NCBI GenBank assembly: GCA_044892525.1 | Contig: CM097885.1 | Location: 11,162,001 to 11,226,000 of the forward strand | Direction of reading: 5' to 3' | From: Schmidtea polychroa | Lineage: Eukaryota | Length of the DNA stretch: 64,000 nucleotides | In this document: positions 37,351-53,812 of the stretch, in pieces | How the letters are laid out: every line of letters begins with the position of its first letter | Numbering within the stretch: position 1 is the first letter of the stretch | The notes under the pieces: model-generated | Told to the model about the DNA's origin: nothing | Database searches by the model: none | The model's input: the letters and a program-made list of their open reading frames with translations, nothing else | Made by a program: the position numbers and the translations under genes

Positions 37351-38067
37351 ATTCAACCAGTTGGTTGAATGTTTATTTTGATTGATTGCATGAGTGCATA
37401 TTTTAAAATCAAAATTTAAGTAAATATTATAATAATCTAACTAAATTAAATGTTACGAAATTGAAAGAAGGTTAATTTTAAATTATACAAAGTGATAAAC
37501 TTTATTTTTATATGAATTATATTTTAAAAATAATAAAACTAGATTAAAACCACATGAAATTTATGAATTTAGTCAAGGATATTAATGACATAAAAATAAA
37601 TTCAGAACCGTTGTTATTATATGCACTTTTCAATTCACGCGTTTTTACAAATATATGTTTGCATTAAACAATAATTGGGTTTCAGCTTACTTTTTAACTC
37701 ATATTGATAATTCATCAGAGATTCCCAATAAAACTAAAGACATTTTCAAATTGTATTGTCCAGGAGTTTAGGCATCAGACGATCAAAGTAACATTGAGTT
37801 AGTAAAGAAAATCAACTAAATAAAAATTTTGCCAAATACAGATTTTGAAATTTATTATTTAAATCTTATGAATTCTGTTGAAAAAACGACACAAAGGACT
37901 ATATCAAATTTTAATAATAATAAACAAAGATGCTGGATGAAGGGATGACTCCAAAAATAGTAACAATTAAAATCTGCACTTTTAAAAACAGAAATTCTAT
38001 AGAACAGAACAGAGTGCGTTGTCATTCAAAATGGAGTGTCAACAGGGATTTCATGAAGCTGCAGATA

Positions 38068-38225
<158 letters not shown>

Positions 38226-38863
38226 TTCAAATATATTTGAGGTGATTGTTAATTTTATTTTTAACTTTATTTGTAATTGTTATAATCAAATACATTTTAT
38301 TGAACCAGTGTTTGTGTTCTTATTTATACAGGAACCTTCAAGTTGAGATTTGAAAACCTTAACACAAACAAGAAATTAAAACAAAGGTCATAGTTAAATA
38401 ACAAATACAACCGAAGGTGGAATCTCTAATTGCACAAAACCAAAAATATGGGGAAAGCCGTATCTTGGCAGCTTGTCAAAAATAACCAAATGGCAGGAAA
38501 AGTCGGCACAACATGAAAAGTAAAAAACAGGGCATATATCGACATCTGTCAGAGATAAGGCTGAAGTAGTGGGTAATACAGAGGAAAAAGAAAATGGAAA
38601 ACAAAATTTATCTCTAGTGCTACAAATTAAACGAGCTATATAAAGAGGAACTGTTGACCGAGAAATCAGACAAAAACCGAGACGAGAGAAGAAAAACGAG
38701 AGTTAAAGAGAGAGTTAAAAAGGAGAATTGTTGTGGTTACAGAAAGGGTTATTCTTCACGTAGTGTCGCAATAAGCTCTGTTTGATTAACTGGTTTAGAG
38801 TTAATTTGTTGTAATTGTAATTTGTGCGACCTGGTGTGAATAAAATAAAACTTGCAATGTTTA

Positions 38864-38925
<62 letters not shown>

Positions 38926-39315
38926 TATTATTATTATTTATTATTTTAATTTATTATTATTATTATTATTGTGATAATTATTGTATTGATAATTGGAATT
39001 AGTATTGTTGTTATTAATATAATAATTATTATATAAAAAAACAAATAAAATAAATTTTACATGAAACAATTTTAATAAGGTTTCTGATTTATCGTAATTT
39101 TGATTTAAATTTATTCGATTTAATAAAAATTGTGTCGATCGAATGATTTGGCATTTAAACGGCAATCATTCATTGTCATTTTTTTGCATCTCCAATGGTT
39201 TTCCCTGGGTTGCTTGTCTGTGTTTGTGCTGCGCACAGTGGATAAATAATAGAGATAACTTTAGTTTTTATCTTTGACCTGTGTGCTTTCAGTGAGCGGT
39301 TTTGGAGAGGATAAA

Positions 39316-39545
<230 letters not shown>

Positions 39546-40656
39546 GCGATATATAGGAAACTTTTGCGAATGAATCCAAAGGATCCAATAGAAAATATTG
39601 CTAAAATGATATATAATAAACTAAAGATGGATGCTATGCCGTGGATAAAGTTAAAGGGAGGATGGAAAATACTGTATGATGAGATCTTAGTTGAGAGTGC
39701 TAAAGAAAGCATAAAAGATAATACTACTGCGGAAGTAGATGATACCGAAGAGACAGTAAAATTCTAGTTAATAAAATAGCGATGAAACCAAGTTAAAAAG
39801 AGACAAATATTTGGATATTGTTTGTATCGTCTTTCTCATTCTCGATAGTCAAAATTAATAATTGATTACAATTGATCAAGTTATTATTATTATTTCAACT
39901 ATCTTAATTATTTTTTAATTATTCTGTATCGACTAACAACTTTGGATGCTCCTTTAATTGGTAATCTCAGATATAATATAGCATAAAAAATACACTATGA
40001 AATATATCCAAATTTATAAGGCATTCCTTCTCTAATTCATTAATAAAGTATCATTTACACTTGTAAGTCCAATCTTTCATTAATACCATGAATGTAGAAT
40101 ATATTCGGCAACCAAAAGTAATTGTAATACCTTGTATGTCTTACTAATCCGGACTAATAAACCAAGTGTTCGCTATTAAAAAATTGAAATACCAACGTTA
40201 TAAAAAAGTTGATGTTATGCTGCCGAATGAGTCTGACATACGAGGTATTATATTTTATTTCAATAATTTCCTGATGATATTATATTTTATTACTATATAT
40301 AAATATAATGCCGGCTTCCCACTAAGAATTTCAGAAATTGGAAAAATGTAAACTTTTGTTGTGAACATTGGATCTGAATCCAATTGTATAAACTATACAT
40401 GAAAGTTGAATCTTTTTTCTTGGTATTTCAATAAATAAAATAATTGGGCCCAAATAATGATACCCATAAACATATTTTTAACACTATATTATTTGCTTTT
40501 CGATTTTTATTATTATTATTATTTAAAACAATAAAGTGATAATTTAAACCTTATTATTATTTTTTTTTAATATTATTTATTATTATTATTTTTATTTTAT
40601 AATATTATTATTATTTATTATTATTTATTATTATTATTATATTATTTCATTAATAG

Positions 40657-41178
40657 CCAATGGGTATATTGTCTCTTCTTGATGAAGAAAGCTTCTTTCC
40701 AAAAACCACTGACAAAAGTTTTGTGGAAAAATTATTTAAAACTCAAGAAAAGCACCCAAAACTCACAAAGGGTAAATTCCGTTCCAATGTCAACTTCTCT
40801 GTCGTACTTTATGCCGGTCGCGTAGATTACGTGGCAGATAAATGATTAGAGAAAAACATGGACCCATTGAATGAGAATGTAGTTCAATTTCTACAAAAAT
40901 CAAACGTGCCTTTTTTCCAGGTAGCTATACTCCTAAATGCTTTTTCAAGGTTTATTCTTGGAATTATTTTCTATTAGTCCATTTGGAAAGACGCTGAAAA
41001 CTTTGTTACTTTATCAGCGACTGCTAATCAAGAAACTCAGTTTGGATCTGGAACTTGCAAGGGAGTGATGAGAACCGTCCGTCAACTTCATAAAGAATCT
41101 TTGGTCAAATTATTGAATGTCCTGAACAATACAAATCCACATTTTGTGCGTTGTATAATTCCTAATCACGAGAAAAGG
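40657..41178 (+). pseudogene. Myosin II fragment with premature stop (copy 2)
   Basis: Duplicate of 14206-14727. Confidence 0.85.
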
Positions 41179-41197
41179 GTAATAATAATAATTATTA

Positions 41198-41295
<98 letters not shown>

Positions 41296-41907
41296 CCTTT
41301 GAGGGCCAACCGCCACTATAGTGGCAAACTAGTTCTAAAAATATCAAATGTGGTTTTTCTTATATAAAATTAAAAAAGAAAATTTTTTTTCAAATAAAAA
41401 AATTTCATAAAACACACTGTTTATATAATATTAGCTAAAAACTAAAATAAATCAAACTATAATGAAAATCACATTTCTGTGTGTATTTTTATAAAACTAA
41501 ACAAAACGAATGATTTTTTTCAAGAAATTTTTTTTCTAAAAACTACGAATCAATATGTAAAAATAAGAAAAGACAAAAAATTCAATCGAGAAATAAACTA
41601 TTTTATTTTTTTTATAAAATATTTAGATTCATGTAAATAAATTTTATTTTAAAAATTTTAAAAATTATAAAATTAATTTTTTTCCCAGTTTTTAATGAAA
41701 TAAATAAAATATTTATAAAAAAAATAAAATTAAAAAATTTATTTAAATTTTAATATTTTATTTATTTCATTAAAAACTAAAAAAATTAATTTTATAATTT
41801 TTAAAATTTTTAAAAAAAAATTTATTTACATTTTTTCAATATTAATATAATTAATAAAATTGTTTAAATATTGCGTTTTGCTTTTATATAAAATTCATCA
41901 TTTTACA

Positions 41908-42630
41908 ATGTCTGAAAATGAATTTCATGAAACACAATATATTAATAAAAAAAATTTAAATAGATATAGAAGAATACGACAACATACTATGGAAGTAAAT
42001 ACTGTTCCTGTTTTGTACTCATTATCTTATATTTCTAGATGCTTCATGATCGTGGGTTTAAAATTGAAAACAATATTACTACCGATATGTCCTTTAAGGA
42101 ACAATTTCTAAATAAAGTGCTAAAAGATTTAAATTTTTCTTGTTTAAACAGCCGAAATGAAAGTATTTACGTGTATTTCTCTGGTTGTGATTTTAGGAAA
42201 TCGTCAATTGATGACTCGATAAAATATTTATGTGAGCAAAATTACGACGCAGCAATTTTCATTTTCAATGAGCCGTTGAATGCGATTGTTAGTAACAGAG
42301 TTGCAGAGGTTAACTTCAATAAATTAGTTTCATTGGAAACATTCGTCGAGGAAGATTTAATTGTAAATGTCACGAAACATTCATTTGTTCCGCGACACAT
42401 TTTGATGTCAGAGACAGAGAAACTTGCAGTGTTGAAGAAATAGTAAGTATTATGATTGCAATAATTAATAACAAACCCCTTCTAGTCAGGCTACCGAGGC
42501 GGAATTTCCAAAGATATTTATCACCGACCCAGTAGCGAAATATTACCATGCAGCCAGACATCAAATGTTTCACATTATCCGCCAATATGAAGACGGAGAG
42601 CAGTATGATACTTATCGGATCGTTGTGTAA
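41908..42630 (+). CDS. RPB5: RPB5-like, copy 2; exons 41908-41994, 42039-42442, 42486-42630
   Basis: Duplicate of 15457-16179. Confidence 0.88.
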
Positions 42631-42870
42631 TATATTATCGCTTTCCTTTGCTTGTTTTCATTGGTTAAAAGATAAGATTTTTATGATGTTATTATTTTGA
42701 TTGGCTCATTTGTTTTGGTTTTGATTTATGCTTTTCTCTTTTTGTTCAATCTATTGTTTTCTTTTGAAAGGGTTGATGGAATGATTTTTATTGATTATTT
42801 GTAACTCTTTCATTTTTGATTGGATAATTTGTCTATTGCGTCTTAATTAGATAAATCATCTAATATATAC

Positions 42871-45459
42871 AATGAAATTCATCTTGGGGGTATCTTAGGA
42901 ATATTCATAAATAGATTGAGTTCAGCAATTTGTTACGCACTGGCGGCGATTAGGATTCGATTGAATCTTTTCCAAACATCAATATTGCTATACGATTATT
43001 CCTCACACTCCCCGTAACAATTGCTTCGTGTGAGAGAAGTTTTAGCAAGTTGAAATTAATTAAAAACTATTAAAGATCTGCTATAGAACAAGATAGATTA
43101 TCCAATCTAATCATAATATCTATTGATCGTAAATATTGTTTCTTCTCGATAATTATTTTTTGAGAATTTCTCGCGAAAAATGCCAAATAGAAAATTCTCA
43201 TTTCTCGAGAATTTTTTATAAATCAATTTTTATTGTATAGCGAAAAAATTGTACGAATATTTTCACAACCACTGAACTATGAACGACTTTCTGTCGATTT
43301 GAAGGTTTTATTATAAATGTATAGTATCCAGGTATGACTAAAAATGTTTATAAATTTCTAAAGACAAAATTCGTTTTATCTCTGGGTAATAAATAATAAA
43401 AGAAGCTACTCACAATGCCGTTCTGAACGCGTCCATTTGTTCCCCATAAAACATGCTTCCTTTCTTAGAAAATACAATTAGACAATTTTCACGTAGCTTT
43501 TATTATGTGGATTTGGTTATCTCAAAGAGAATCCGAAATCCGAATACCTAGATTTTATTACGGTTGAAATGCGTTTGCTTATGACGGTTGATGAATAGGT
43601 TTTGTCGTTTATGGTATTCATTTATATGTATTCATTTCAAAAATTTGCTTTTTTTGTTCCGAAATAAATAACCATTAACATATTGTTAAAATATAATTAT
43701 TTTGAAATTATTAAATAATTATGCAGGAAAATACTTTTAATTTAGAATCCGAAATCAGATTTCGTATTGTTTTAATATTAAAATTTCTCGATACTTTAAC
43801 AAATGTAAGTATGTGCATTTGCGTTTCGTTAACATTTTAAAATTTCATTAATTTATCATTAACCTTTTTTAATTTAATTATTAGATAATCTTACTACCCA
43901 TCATGAGTAAATCATATCAAGACTGCTGGCAATATTTTAAGAAGTGCAAGAGCAACACCGATATGGCAGTATGTAATATTAGCGCGAAAACTCTTTCCTA
44001 CAAAGCCTCGGCAACAGCTGGACTTCGAAGACATCTTGAGGGAGTTCACGGATTTCAAAGAACAGCAAATCCATCGACGAATGTGATCAAAGACAGTGGA
44101 GATTATCAAGTTGATAAACATGCTCGATATTCTATAGATGAAACAATTGTAAAGTTTCGAAGACAATCCACGTTATCTGAAGAAGTTACTACACTTGCAG
44201 TGATTGATCGATTTACATTAAAGCAAATCAGCCAGTCTCGATTAATTAGACAAGCAAAAAGCGCTATGAGACTTAAATTTTAGTAATCTGTGGAGCGAAG
44301 AATACATAATTATTGCTGAAGAGATCCTAAAAACTTTGCAGTCAATAAAGGTCACTGTGGAATTTCTTAGCAGAGAAGAGACTACACTGTTGACAGCTGA
44401 AGGGGCTTTAATATTTTTATTTAAGCAATTGGAGAATACTGATTCTGGTTTAAGCTTACACGGGCTATTAAAGATGAGTTAAATAACAGAAGAAACAAGC
44501 CATTGGTTTCATTAATAAAATATTTACAAAATCCAGAATCCATCTCTAATTCAAAAAAATAATGACTTCTGTGGTTATTCTTCAAAATCAGAATTATGCA
44601 AAATTGGGAAAAAATTTGTGAAAGATTATTTAATGTACCAATAAATTGCAATGAGCCTCATCAATCTGTTGAATCGTTGGAATCTACAGAATCAATATAA
44701 GAAATCGATAACCTATCATTGGCTCAACAATTGGAGCAAGAAGTTTCATTTAGCCTTGTGAAGAGCAAAATTAAAAAACCTTTGTCTTACGGAGTAATAG
44801 AAAAAGAATTCAAAATATATGAATCGACTGGAAAGAGAACGGATAATTTACAATGCTTATTTGACGCGTTGTTGTCTATTAAACCGACGTCCACTCAAAA
44901 TGAAAGAAATTTTTCAGCGGCAGAAAATTTCTTGACAAAAAAAGAGCAAGAATGTGTGATAAAACTTTGGACGCAATGTGTTTCTTAAAGGGTTATTTCA
45001 AAAACAATAAATAATGATTTATTTTAATATACACAATTTAAAACAATAAAATTTTAAATGTTTATTATTCTCTAGATGTTATATTTCATTTACATACTAA
45101 GATAATAGGTTTATTAATATTGATATATACATTTTATATGTTATATTTTCTTATTTCAAATACACTTATTCACTTCTCAAATTTCTCGAGAAATCCCGAG
45201 AAATTTGGAAAAGCGATTTCGAGAAATGAAAATCATCGAGAAATCAGAAAAACTAATCGTAAAGGATATTAATTACGACGATATAATTAATGACTTTGCT
45301 CAAATGAAAGCTAGAAGAAAACGATTAAATGAAAATTAAATAATCTTATAATATAAATAATATAATATATTTTTGTGTACAATAAATTTAATTTATAATT
45401 AAATATAATTAATTTTCCCCAAAAAATATAGAGCCCTAAAAATGTTAGTTACGGCACTG
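42871..45459 (+). mobile_element. Degenerate hAT with nested hAT at 43134-45255 (copy 2)
   Basis: Duplicate of 16420-19008. Confidence 0.75.
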
Positions 45460-45792
45460 AATACTGTCTTTATGATTGAGCTATATTATTTTACTAAACG
45501 CCATTACTCTCAGTTTTTGACAGAAAGATTTGTTGTTGTAACCGATTTAAACGATATATTAACGTTTACACATTTCTGCGGTATTTAAATAATATAAGTA
45601 ATAAGCATACGTACTCCTTGCGTTATATTGATATATAAATAATATTGTATAATATACAAATAATATACGATAAATATTTAAATACAAAATACTACAATTA
45701 ATTTTTAAATGTAAGTAATTTAAATTTATTTTTCATTTCTTAATTTTGATAATTAATACATAATTATTATTATATTTAGTGAAATCCTCGTC

Positions 45793-46311
45793 ATGAACGT
45801 TGAAATTAATAAAAAATTGAAAACAGAACAATATATTTTAACTGACAAGAAGAAGGCGAAGAGTGATCTCTGGAGAAATTTCAAAGAGATCGTTGATAAA
45901 TCGAATTATAAAGACATTGGTTATGTAGGTTACATGACAAAATTACACAAGACGAAATTACACAAGACTATTATGTATTAAGTGTGAAACAATTTTTAGT
46001 TATTGTGCCAAATTTAAAGCTACATTCTTATAAAAAATAGGCAATTACAAGCAGCTCAACATCATCCAAAACCAGCATTGATATGGGAAATTTTTTCACT
46101 CACAGCCTAAAACATTGCAAAAGATCAAAGACCGACTTACAAAATCGTGTAGTAGAGATGTTCGTCCATTTGACATCGTAAGTGGCAGCGGTTTTATAAA
46201 TTATTCACAGGAATTGATTCGAATTAGAGCTCAAAATGGCAACTTGCATATTAAAGATATATTGCCACACGCTACGACTGTTTTTCGTAATACCCACAAC
46301 GAAGATCAGCG
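45793..46311 (+). mobile_element. Hermes/hobo-like hAT remnant (copy 2)
   Basis: Duplicate of 19342-19860. Confidence 0.7.
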
Positions 46312-46984
46312 GCACTCAAAAAAGGTAACAATAACGTTTCCCATCTATACGAAACAAGAAACCTCAAGAAAATTCAAGCAACAAAACTTATTAACAAATT
46401 AAATAATAAAATCAATTCTATTAAAAGTCAGAATAAAAAGAAAATATGGCTCTCCAAAAAGAATCTGGTGAGAGAAACTGGAAGGACGTTCTCACAAACC
46501 GACTTCAATAATATAAAACGGTTTTCATGATAACCGCCTTATATAATGACGACACCCCAGAAAACAATGCCAGATTCTTTTATATGACAGAGACAATATT
46601 ACAACAGTCCTCGTCATCATTGAGTGACCTCGAATGGAAGACCATATTAGAACAATTCTTAGTCCCAGAAGAATGGCTAAAAAATTTAAAGCCAATCCAT
46701 AATTTCCGGAACTAAATAAAGAAGATGGTGATCTCATTATCAATATAATAGCAGCTTTGAGATTTTACCAGTTCATTTCCCATATCAACCAAACTAATTC
46801 CATTAAATATTTCCAATTCGGGATAATGAGAACTATTATTGGAGTCCCTTGTTCTTTCAGATTAAGAAAACAAATCCCATACTTAAGAAAAACAGTGGTT
46901 ATTCAGAACTCAGATGATCATATATATGAGGAGTCTCAGATCCCAGAAGTAGAAATTATGGAGACAACTACAGATGAACTAGAC

Positions 46985-49443
46985 CAGTGGTGCCCAACCT
47001 TTTTATCAAGTGGGCAACTATTTAAATGAAAAAGTCTTTGCGGGCACATTTTTGAAAAATTAGTTAATAGAAAAATGATCTTATAACAATCTTTTTATTA
47101 GGAAACATGCATTTGTATTAAAAATTTAAAATAATAAAAATAATAATGTGAAACAAAACAAACAAATTTATTTATAACATCATTTTAATGCGGCTTTTGA
47201 ATTTGAGTCTAGCTAACAAGTTGATCAATATCAGGATTGATTTTTGAAATTGATAATAGAATGAGGTTTTCCAAGTGAGCATCAGTGAGTGAACATCTGA
47301 ATTTGCTTTTTATGTAGTTCATTGAAGAAAATGTCTTCTCACAAATGTAAGTTGATCCAAATTTGACCACAAACCGGAGTGCCATGTTGTTAAGTTCAGG
47401 ATAGTCATTTTTTGGAACAAGCTTCCAGAATGCTTTTAAGTCGGGTGAAATAGGTGATTCACAAAGCTCTTGAAACTTTCTCTTTAATCCTGTGTGGTTT
47501 TGAATGTCAGTAATTTCCATCTGTATTTTTGGAGAATACTTGCTGATTTCACTTTCTGATATAGAGAATGGATTAATGAACAATAAAATGTTATCCTTCT
47601 CTGCCTCAAAGTCAGAAAATCGAGAAGAAAATGAATGAGACAAATTCATAATGGCAAGTTTGTATTTTTCATAGTCCAAGTTGACAGTGATTGAACTTTC
47701 AAGTTGAAATTTCTGAAGCGTGGGGAAAAGATCCAGATTTCCTTGAGAAAGACTGTTATAAAACAGTTTTAATTTTGCCTTAAATGCATTGATTTGATTG
47801 AATAGTGTTGGGAACAAACTATTTTCACCTTGCAATCCTGTGTTCAAGATGTTCAGGTAATTTGTGACATCAACAAGAAAAGCCAATTCACTCAACCAGG
47901 AATTGTTTTTCAAAAGATCACACTCGGTAGGCAACTCTTTTTTTTCTTCCAAAAATTGCAGTACTTGGGTCCTTAACTGGAAAAATCTTGACAGCATTTT
48001 TCCCTTTGACAACCAGCGAACAGAGCAATGGAGCAAAAGTTCACCACAATCATCGGTTTCCTCTTCAAACAGGGATCGGAACTCTCTTCTATTTAGAGAT
48101 CGTGCTCTAATCTTGTTAATACAGTGCACAGCTGTGTCAATAACATGCTTGAATTCCATATCCTTTGAGCAAAGAACTTCTTGATGAATAATGCAATAGT
48201 ACTTAAAAAGTTTTCTTTTTAGATATTTTTCTAGAAGGGAAACACAACCGTTGTTTTTTCCAACCATTGCAGGAGCTCCATCTGTGCAGATACTTTCCAG
48301 TTGATTCCAGTTGAGCTTATACTCGTTGATGCTTGAATTTTCCACACAATCTTTCAGTGCTTCAAAGATATCGGCTCCAGTTGTTGTGGTTTTCAGTTGA
48401 CAAAGGCCAAGAAGTTCCTGAACAACATCGAAGTTTTCATTGACACATCTTATATAAACCAGTAATTGAGCACTGTCAGTTGCATCACAGCTTTCATCAA
48501 TTGCAATTGAAAAGTATTTTGAAAGTGAAGCAGCAACAATAATTTGTTTTGAGACATCATTGGTCATTTCTTCAATTCTCCGAGTAACTGTAATTCTTGA
48601 AAGTGCTATGTTTTTGGACAGCAATTTGTTTTTTGGGTCACCTGAGTTTTCAGCAAAAATAGAAATTGCCTCTTTTACCATTTCACCATCTGAATAACTT
48701 TTTTTTTAATCTGGCAAGCAGCAGGGAAATTTGAAAGGAAGCTTTTGTCATTCCGTGCATTTCTTCTTGTCTTTTGGTAAAAAATGTTTGCTGAACTGCA
48801 AGTTTCGATTTTCTCTTTGAAATAAAGTCAGTTCTGTCTGCAGATCCAATTGGGTATTTGATTTTGAATTCTGAATGCATCTGATTAAAATGACGTTCCA
48901 CATTGTATTTTTTATACACTGCAACTGTGTCATTACAAATCAGACAAATTGGCCTTGATGATTGTGAATGTGTGAACAAAAATTGTTCTTCCCAGTTATT
49001 TCTTAACACTTGTTGCGCAGATTTTTCATCTTCACGTTTTCTTTTTTGAGACATCCCTTTGCTGAGAGACATTTTTGTAAAAACAAAAATTATTTTTTTT
49101 ATTTGGACAAATTGTTGTCCACCCTGAGAGATTGTTTTTGGTTGACTGATTTAAATAGAGTTTTTTAACTAACGATGTAACGATATTTGAGTTAATTAAT
49201 TTTAATTTAAAGTAGGAAAAAATTTAATTTTCTTGGAATTCCCATTTAATAATTAATTGTTGGGATTGATTAATTTTAATTTCGAAAATTAAAAATGCGC
49301 TTGTAATTCTCATTGAAACATTATACATCTTAATGTTAAAAATTGATATTTTCTTTAACCGTATTTAGAAAAACACCCACGGGCATTTGAAAAAGTCTCC
49401 ACGGGCACATTTTTGCCCGCGGGCACTAGGTTGGGCACCACTG
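46985..49443 (-). mobile_element. hAT transposon SPIN/Charlie type (copy 2), frameshifted transposase 47185-49072
   Basis: Same TIR, TSD and lesions as 20534-22992. Confidence 0.95.
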
Positions 49444-51465
49444 AACTAGACAATCCCCCCAGCGACCAAAACACAGATAATGAAATACAACAGACAGAGC
49501 CGGAAAAGATAAAAACTACAGCGGTCGAAACTCACTACTCCCCACAACAAAGCGAGACAACCGAGACTAACAAAACTAGACGAAAAGCCGAGATCAGTGT
49601 TGAGATTATTTCTGGAACCAAAGAAAATTGTCAATCTAAACACATGATGCTGCGGAGAGAAAAAAACCAAAACAGTTGATTAGAGGAGGAGCTGTTGAGA
49701 AAGATAAGACCACAAAATCTTCCTACGAAGGTGTTATCAATAATGACCTGGAAATTAACTGTAACACAGGAAGATGCAGAAGGTGAAGAAGCATGGATAA
49801 AAGGAGGAAAGAATATTTAAGTGCGTCCAGTGCACGAATCCAATCAATCATAAAGAAATTACGGCTCACATTAGCAGTCACAAAGATAAAATTATCAGGA
49901 AGAGAAAGGAGAGCAATATCGTCAACATACCTAATGAAGAGGATATCCCAACTGATAAAAACTGATTGTCTCTTCCTGTAATAGAATAATATACGAGATT
50001 CATCTCAAGTAGCCCAATAGAACATGGGACTAATGTATGCTACATAAACCCCTCTTGTGCTGGCTACTTAATAGAGGATAACAAATCTGCTCTCTATACA
50101 AATATTCACATGAAGACTATTGTAGGATGGGATTGGGTTATATGGCTGATTCACTGTAACTTAGGACACTGGACAACCAGATACCAGAGGCCCGAAAAAT
50201 TCTGATAAAGAGCAGGATGGACAATTTACATATAATGACGACTCAAGAAGAATCCACCTTCAATCAATTATCAACATGCGAATATCCCAAACTGTACAAC
50301 AACTACGACTGTGGGATATTAGCAAACCTTGCATTTAAACCAGAATTGGATGACAGAACAATATTATCATCAACAGCCAAAATAAATTAAATCTTTGAAA
50401 AAATAATAATTTTTTTTCAAAGGTTTTCTGTGCCCCTATATTGTATATTATATAAATTAATTTGTTAATATGAGTTAAAGTAATACTTTCGGAAGTAAAG
50501 TTCTAATTTTCCCTCCTTATATATCTAAATAATCTAAATTACTTTTATTACTTTTAATCATCTAGAACAGTGTTTCCCCACTGTGGGGATCACGCCTCAG
50601 AGATAGGGCAACGCGCTTCAGAGTTTGGACACGTCAACAATTATCAAATATTCCAAATATAATATGCTCAGTTACGACTAAATATAACAATATTAAGTGG
50701 AATGGCATAGGTTTGAAGGCTAACATTTTCGATTTGTCAATTAGTTTTTTCTCCCGAGTCGGTTTCAGTGACGTGACACTGATTCATTTGAGCACACTCC
50801 GTGTGTGTTTGTTGCTTGTGTGGACACATGTCAATTCTGACGTGGCACCACACCCGAAATCCCTGCATAATTGGAGTGTGCATTGTACTATCCAAGTATT
50901 AGGATGTGAGCAAACGAGGGGGAGGGTGTGATATTATTTTATTTACATCATACTACCACTAAAATAGACTAAGGACCAACGACCATGGACAGCAACAGCT
51001 ACTACTACTACTAGCATGATTTCTATGTATTACAAATGGAAGATTTCCTTCCTTTTTTTAATTTTCACATCTTTTTGCATACCATCTATTAAAAATGACC
51101 AATAGATGCAATTTTTGTATTGTTAATTGAAGGGTATAACATGAAATAACTTTGGAATTGCCTTCTAATTGGTATGGTGTTACTGAAGATGAGTATGGTA
51201 AGGCTCAACTAATTTCACTTTACCAAAACTGTAATAATTTGTTAGACTATATTTTAACATACCTCAAATTAGACGTAATTCTCCTTGCGGATTTTTTTCA
51301 GTAATTCAGTGAAAAGGCATATAATGGTCTTGAGCCTCTAAATTTCTGGTAGTTTAAAATAATTAAATAAGTATTATGTAATATTCCCCATGAAAATCGC
51401 TAAAGAATTAATTATAAAAGAAAAAAATTATTAAATATTGAAGATATCATATCTATCGAATCGAC

Positions 51466-51893
51466 TTGCATGGATGTCATGGAAGTTTTTTTAAATGGCT
51501 AAGGAAGTTAGATATGAAAACGGTCGGGTAGGCAAATTTTATTAACACTTGATAATGCCCAGTCCATCCTTCCGTTAATGATTTTAAAGCTTTTGTTCTT
51601 TCCACCAAATTGCACTTCAAAAATTCAGCCACTTGACCAAGGAATAATAAAATCCCTTAAAGGACTATACATAAAAAAAATTGAATCGAAAATTTGGTTT
51701 TGAACTAGATAATAATCAAAACTTTATTTATACTGATCTTATAAAAGAAATCAAATTGAAGGATCCCTTAATGTTAGTTCTCGAAGCTTGGGGTGAGGTA
51801 ACAACGGAGACAGCAGTGAATTGTTTTCATAAAGCCATGAATAATTCTAAACTCGATACCAATGACCTGTTTAATTTAGAAGAGCCGGAGTAG
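51466..51893 (+). mobile_element. pogo/Tigger remnant (copy 2)
   Basis: Duplicate of 25015-25442. Confidence 0.8.
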
Positions 51894-53290
51894 GGATTGC
51901 GATATCGATAACCCGATAAATCGGACAAAAATATCATTTTAAAATTATCGATAAATTCTCTAAATATTATCGATAATTCGATAAATAAACCAACACACAT
52001 TTTTCAATTTCTGAAAAGATTTTCAAACTTTTGGATAGTTTAATTATTCAACTAATTAATTTAATTTGTTTTTACACTTAAACTGTTTAAATTGTTCGTT
52101 TGTAAAATTGTTAAATTTGAACTTCTACATTTTTGGTAAATTTTTTTAAAGGAAACGAGTTTTATTTTAATTTAATATATATTATACGTGTTGATATTTG
52201 CGAATGAATCCAAAGGATCCAATAGAAAATATTGCTAAAATGATATATAATAAACTAAAGATGGATGCTATGCCGTGGATAAAGTTAAAGGGAGGATGGA
52301 AAATACTGTATGATGAGATCTTAGTTGAGAGTGCTAAAGAAAGCATAAAAGATAATACTACTGCGGAAGTAGATGATACCGAAGAGACAGTAAAATTCTA
52401 GTTAATAAAATAGCGATGAAACCAAGTTAAAAAGAGACAAATATTTGGATATTGTTTGTATCGTCTTTCTCATTCTCGATAGTCAAAATTAATAATTGAT
52501 TACAATTGATCAAGTTATTATTATTATTTCAACTATCTTAATTATTTTTTAATTATTCTGTATCGACTAACAACTTTGGATGCTCCTTTAATTGGTAATC
52601 TCAGATATAATATAGCATAAAAAATACACTATGAAATATATCCAAATTTATAAGGCATTCCTTCTCTAATTCATTAATAAAGTATCATTTACACTTGTAA
52701 GTCCAATCTTTCATTAATACCATGAATGTAGAATATATTCGGCAACCAAAAGTAATTGTAATACCTTGTATGTCTTACTAATCCGGACTAATAAACCAAG
52801 TGTTCGCTATTAAAAAATTGAAATACCAACGTTATAAAAAAGTTGATGTTATGCTGCCGAATGAGTCTGACATACGAGGTATTATATTTTATTTCAATAA
52901 TTTCCTGATGATATTATATTTTATTACTATATATAAATATAATGCCGGCTTCCCACTAAGAATTTCAGAAATTGGAAAAATGTAAACTTTTGTTGTGAAC
53001 ATTGGATCTGAATCCAATTGTATAAACTATACATGAAAGTTGAATCTTTTTTCTTGGTATTTCAATAAATAAAATAATTGGGCCAAAATAATGAAAACCA
53101 TTAACATATTTTTAACACTATATTATTTGCTTTTCGATTTTTATTATTATTATTATTTAAAACAATAAAGTGATAATTTTAACCTTATTATTATTATTTT
53201 TTTAATATTATTTATTATTATTATTATTATTTTTATTTTATAATATTATTATTATTTATTATTATTATTATTATATTATTTCATTAATAG

Positions 53291-53812
53291 CCAATGGGTA
53301 TATTGTCTCTTCTTGATGAAGAAAGCTTCTTTCCAAAAACCACTGACAAAAGTTTTGTGGAAAAATTATTTAAAACTCAAGAAAAGCACCCAAAACTCAC
53401 AAAGGGTAAATTCCGTTCCAATGTCAACTTCTCTGTCGTACTTTATGCCGGTCGCGTAGATTACGTGGCAGATAAATGGTTAGAGAAAAACATGGACCCA
53501 TTGAATGAGAATGTAGTTCAATTGCTACAAAAATCAAATGTGCCTTTTTTCCAGGTAGCTTTACTCCTAAATGCTTTTTCAAGGTTTATTCTTGGAATTA
53601 TTTTCTATTAGTCCATTTGGAAAGACGCTGAAAACTTTGTTATTTTATCAGCGACTGCTAATCAAGAAACTCAGTTTGGATCTAGAACTCGCAAGGGAAT
53701 GATGAGAACCACCCGTCAACTTCATAAAGAATCTTTGGTCAAATTATTGAATGTCCTGAACAATACAAATCCACATTTTGTGCGTTGTATAATTCCTAAT
53801 CACGAGAAAAGG
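53291..53812 (+). pseudogene. Myosin II fragment (copy 2 of the open-frame variant)
   Basis: Duplicate of 26840-27361. Confidence 0.8.
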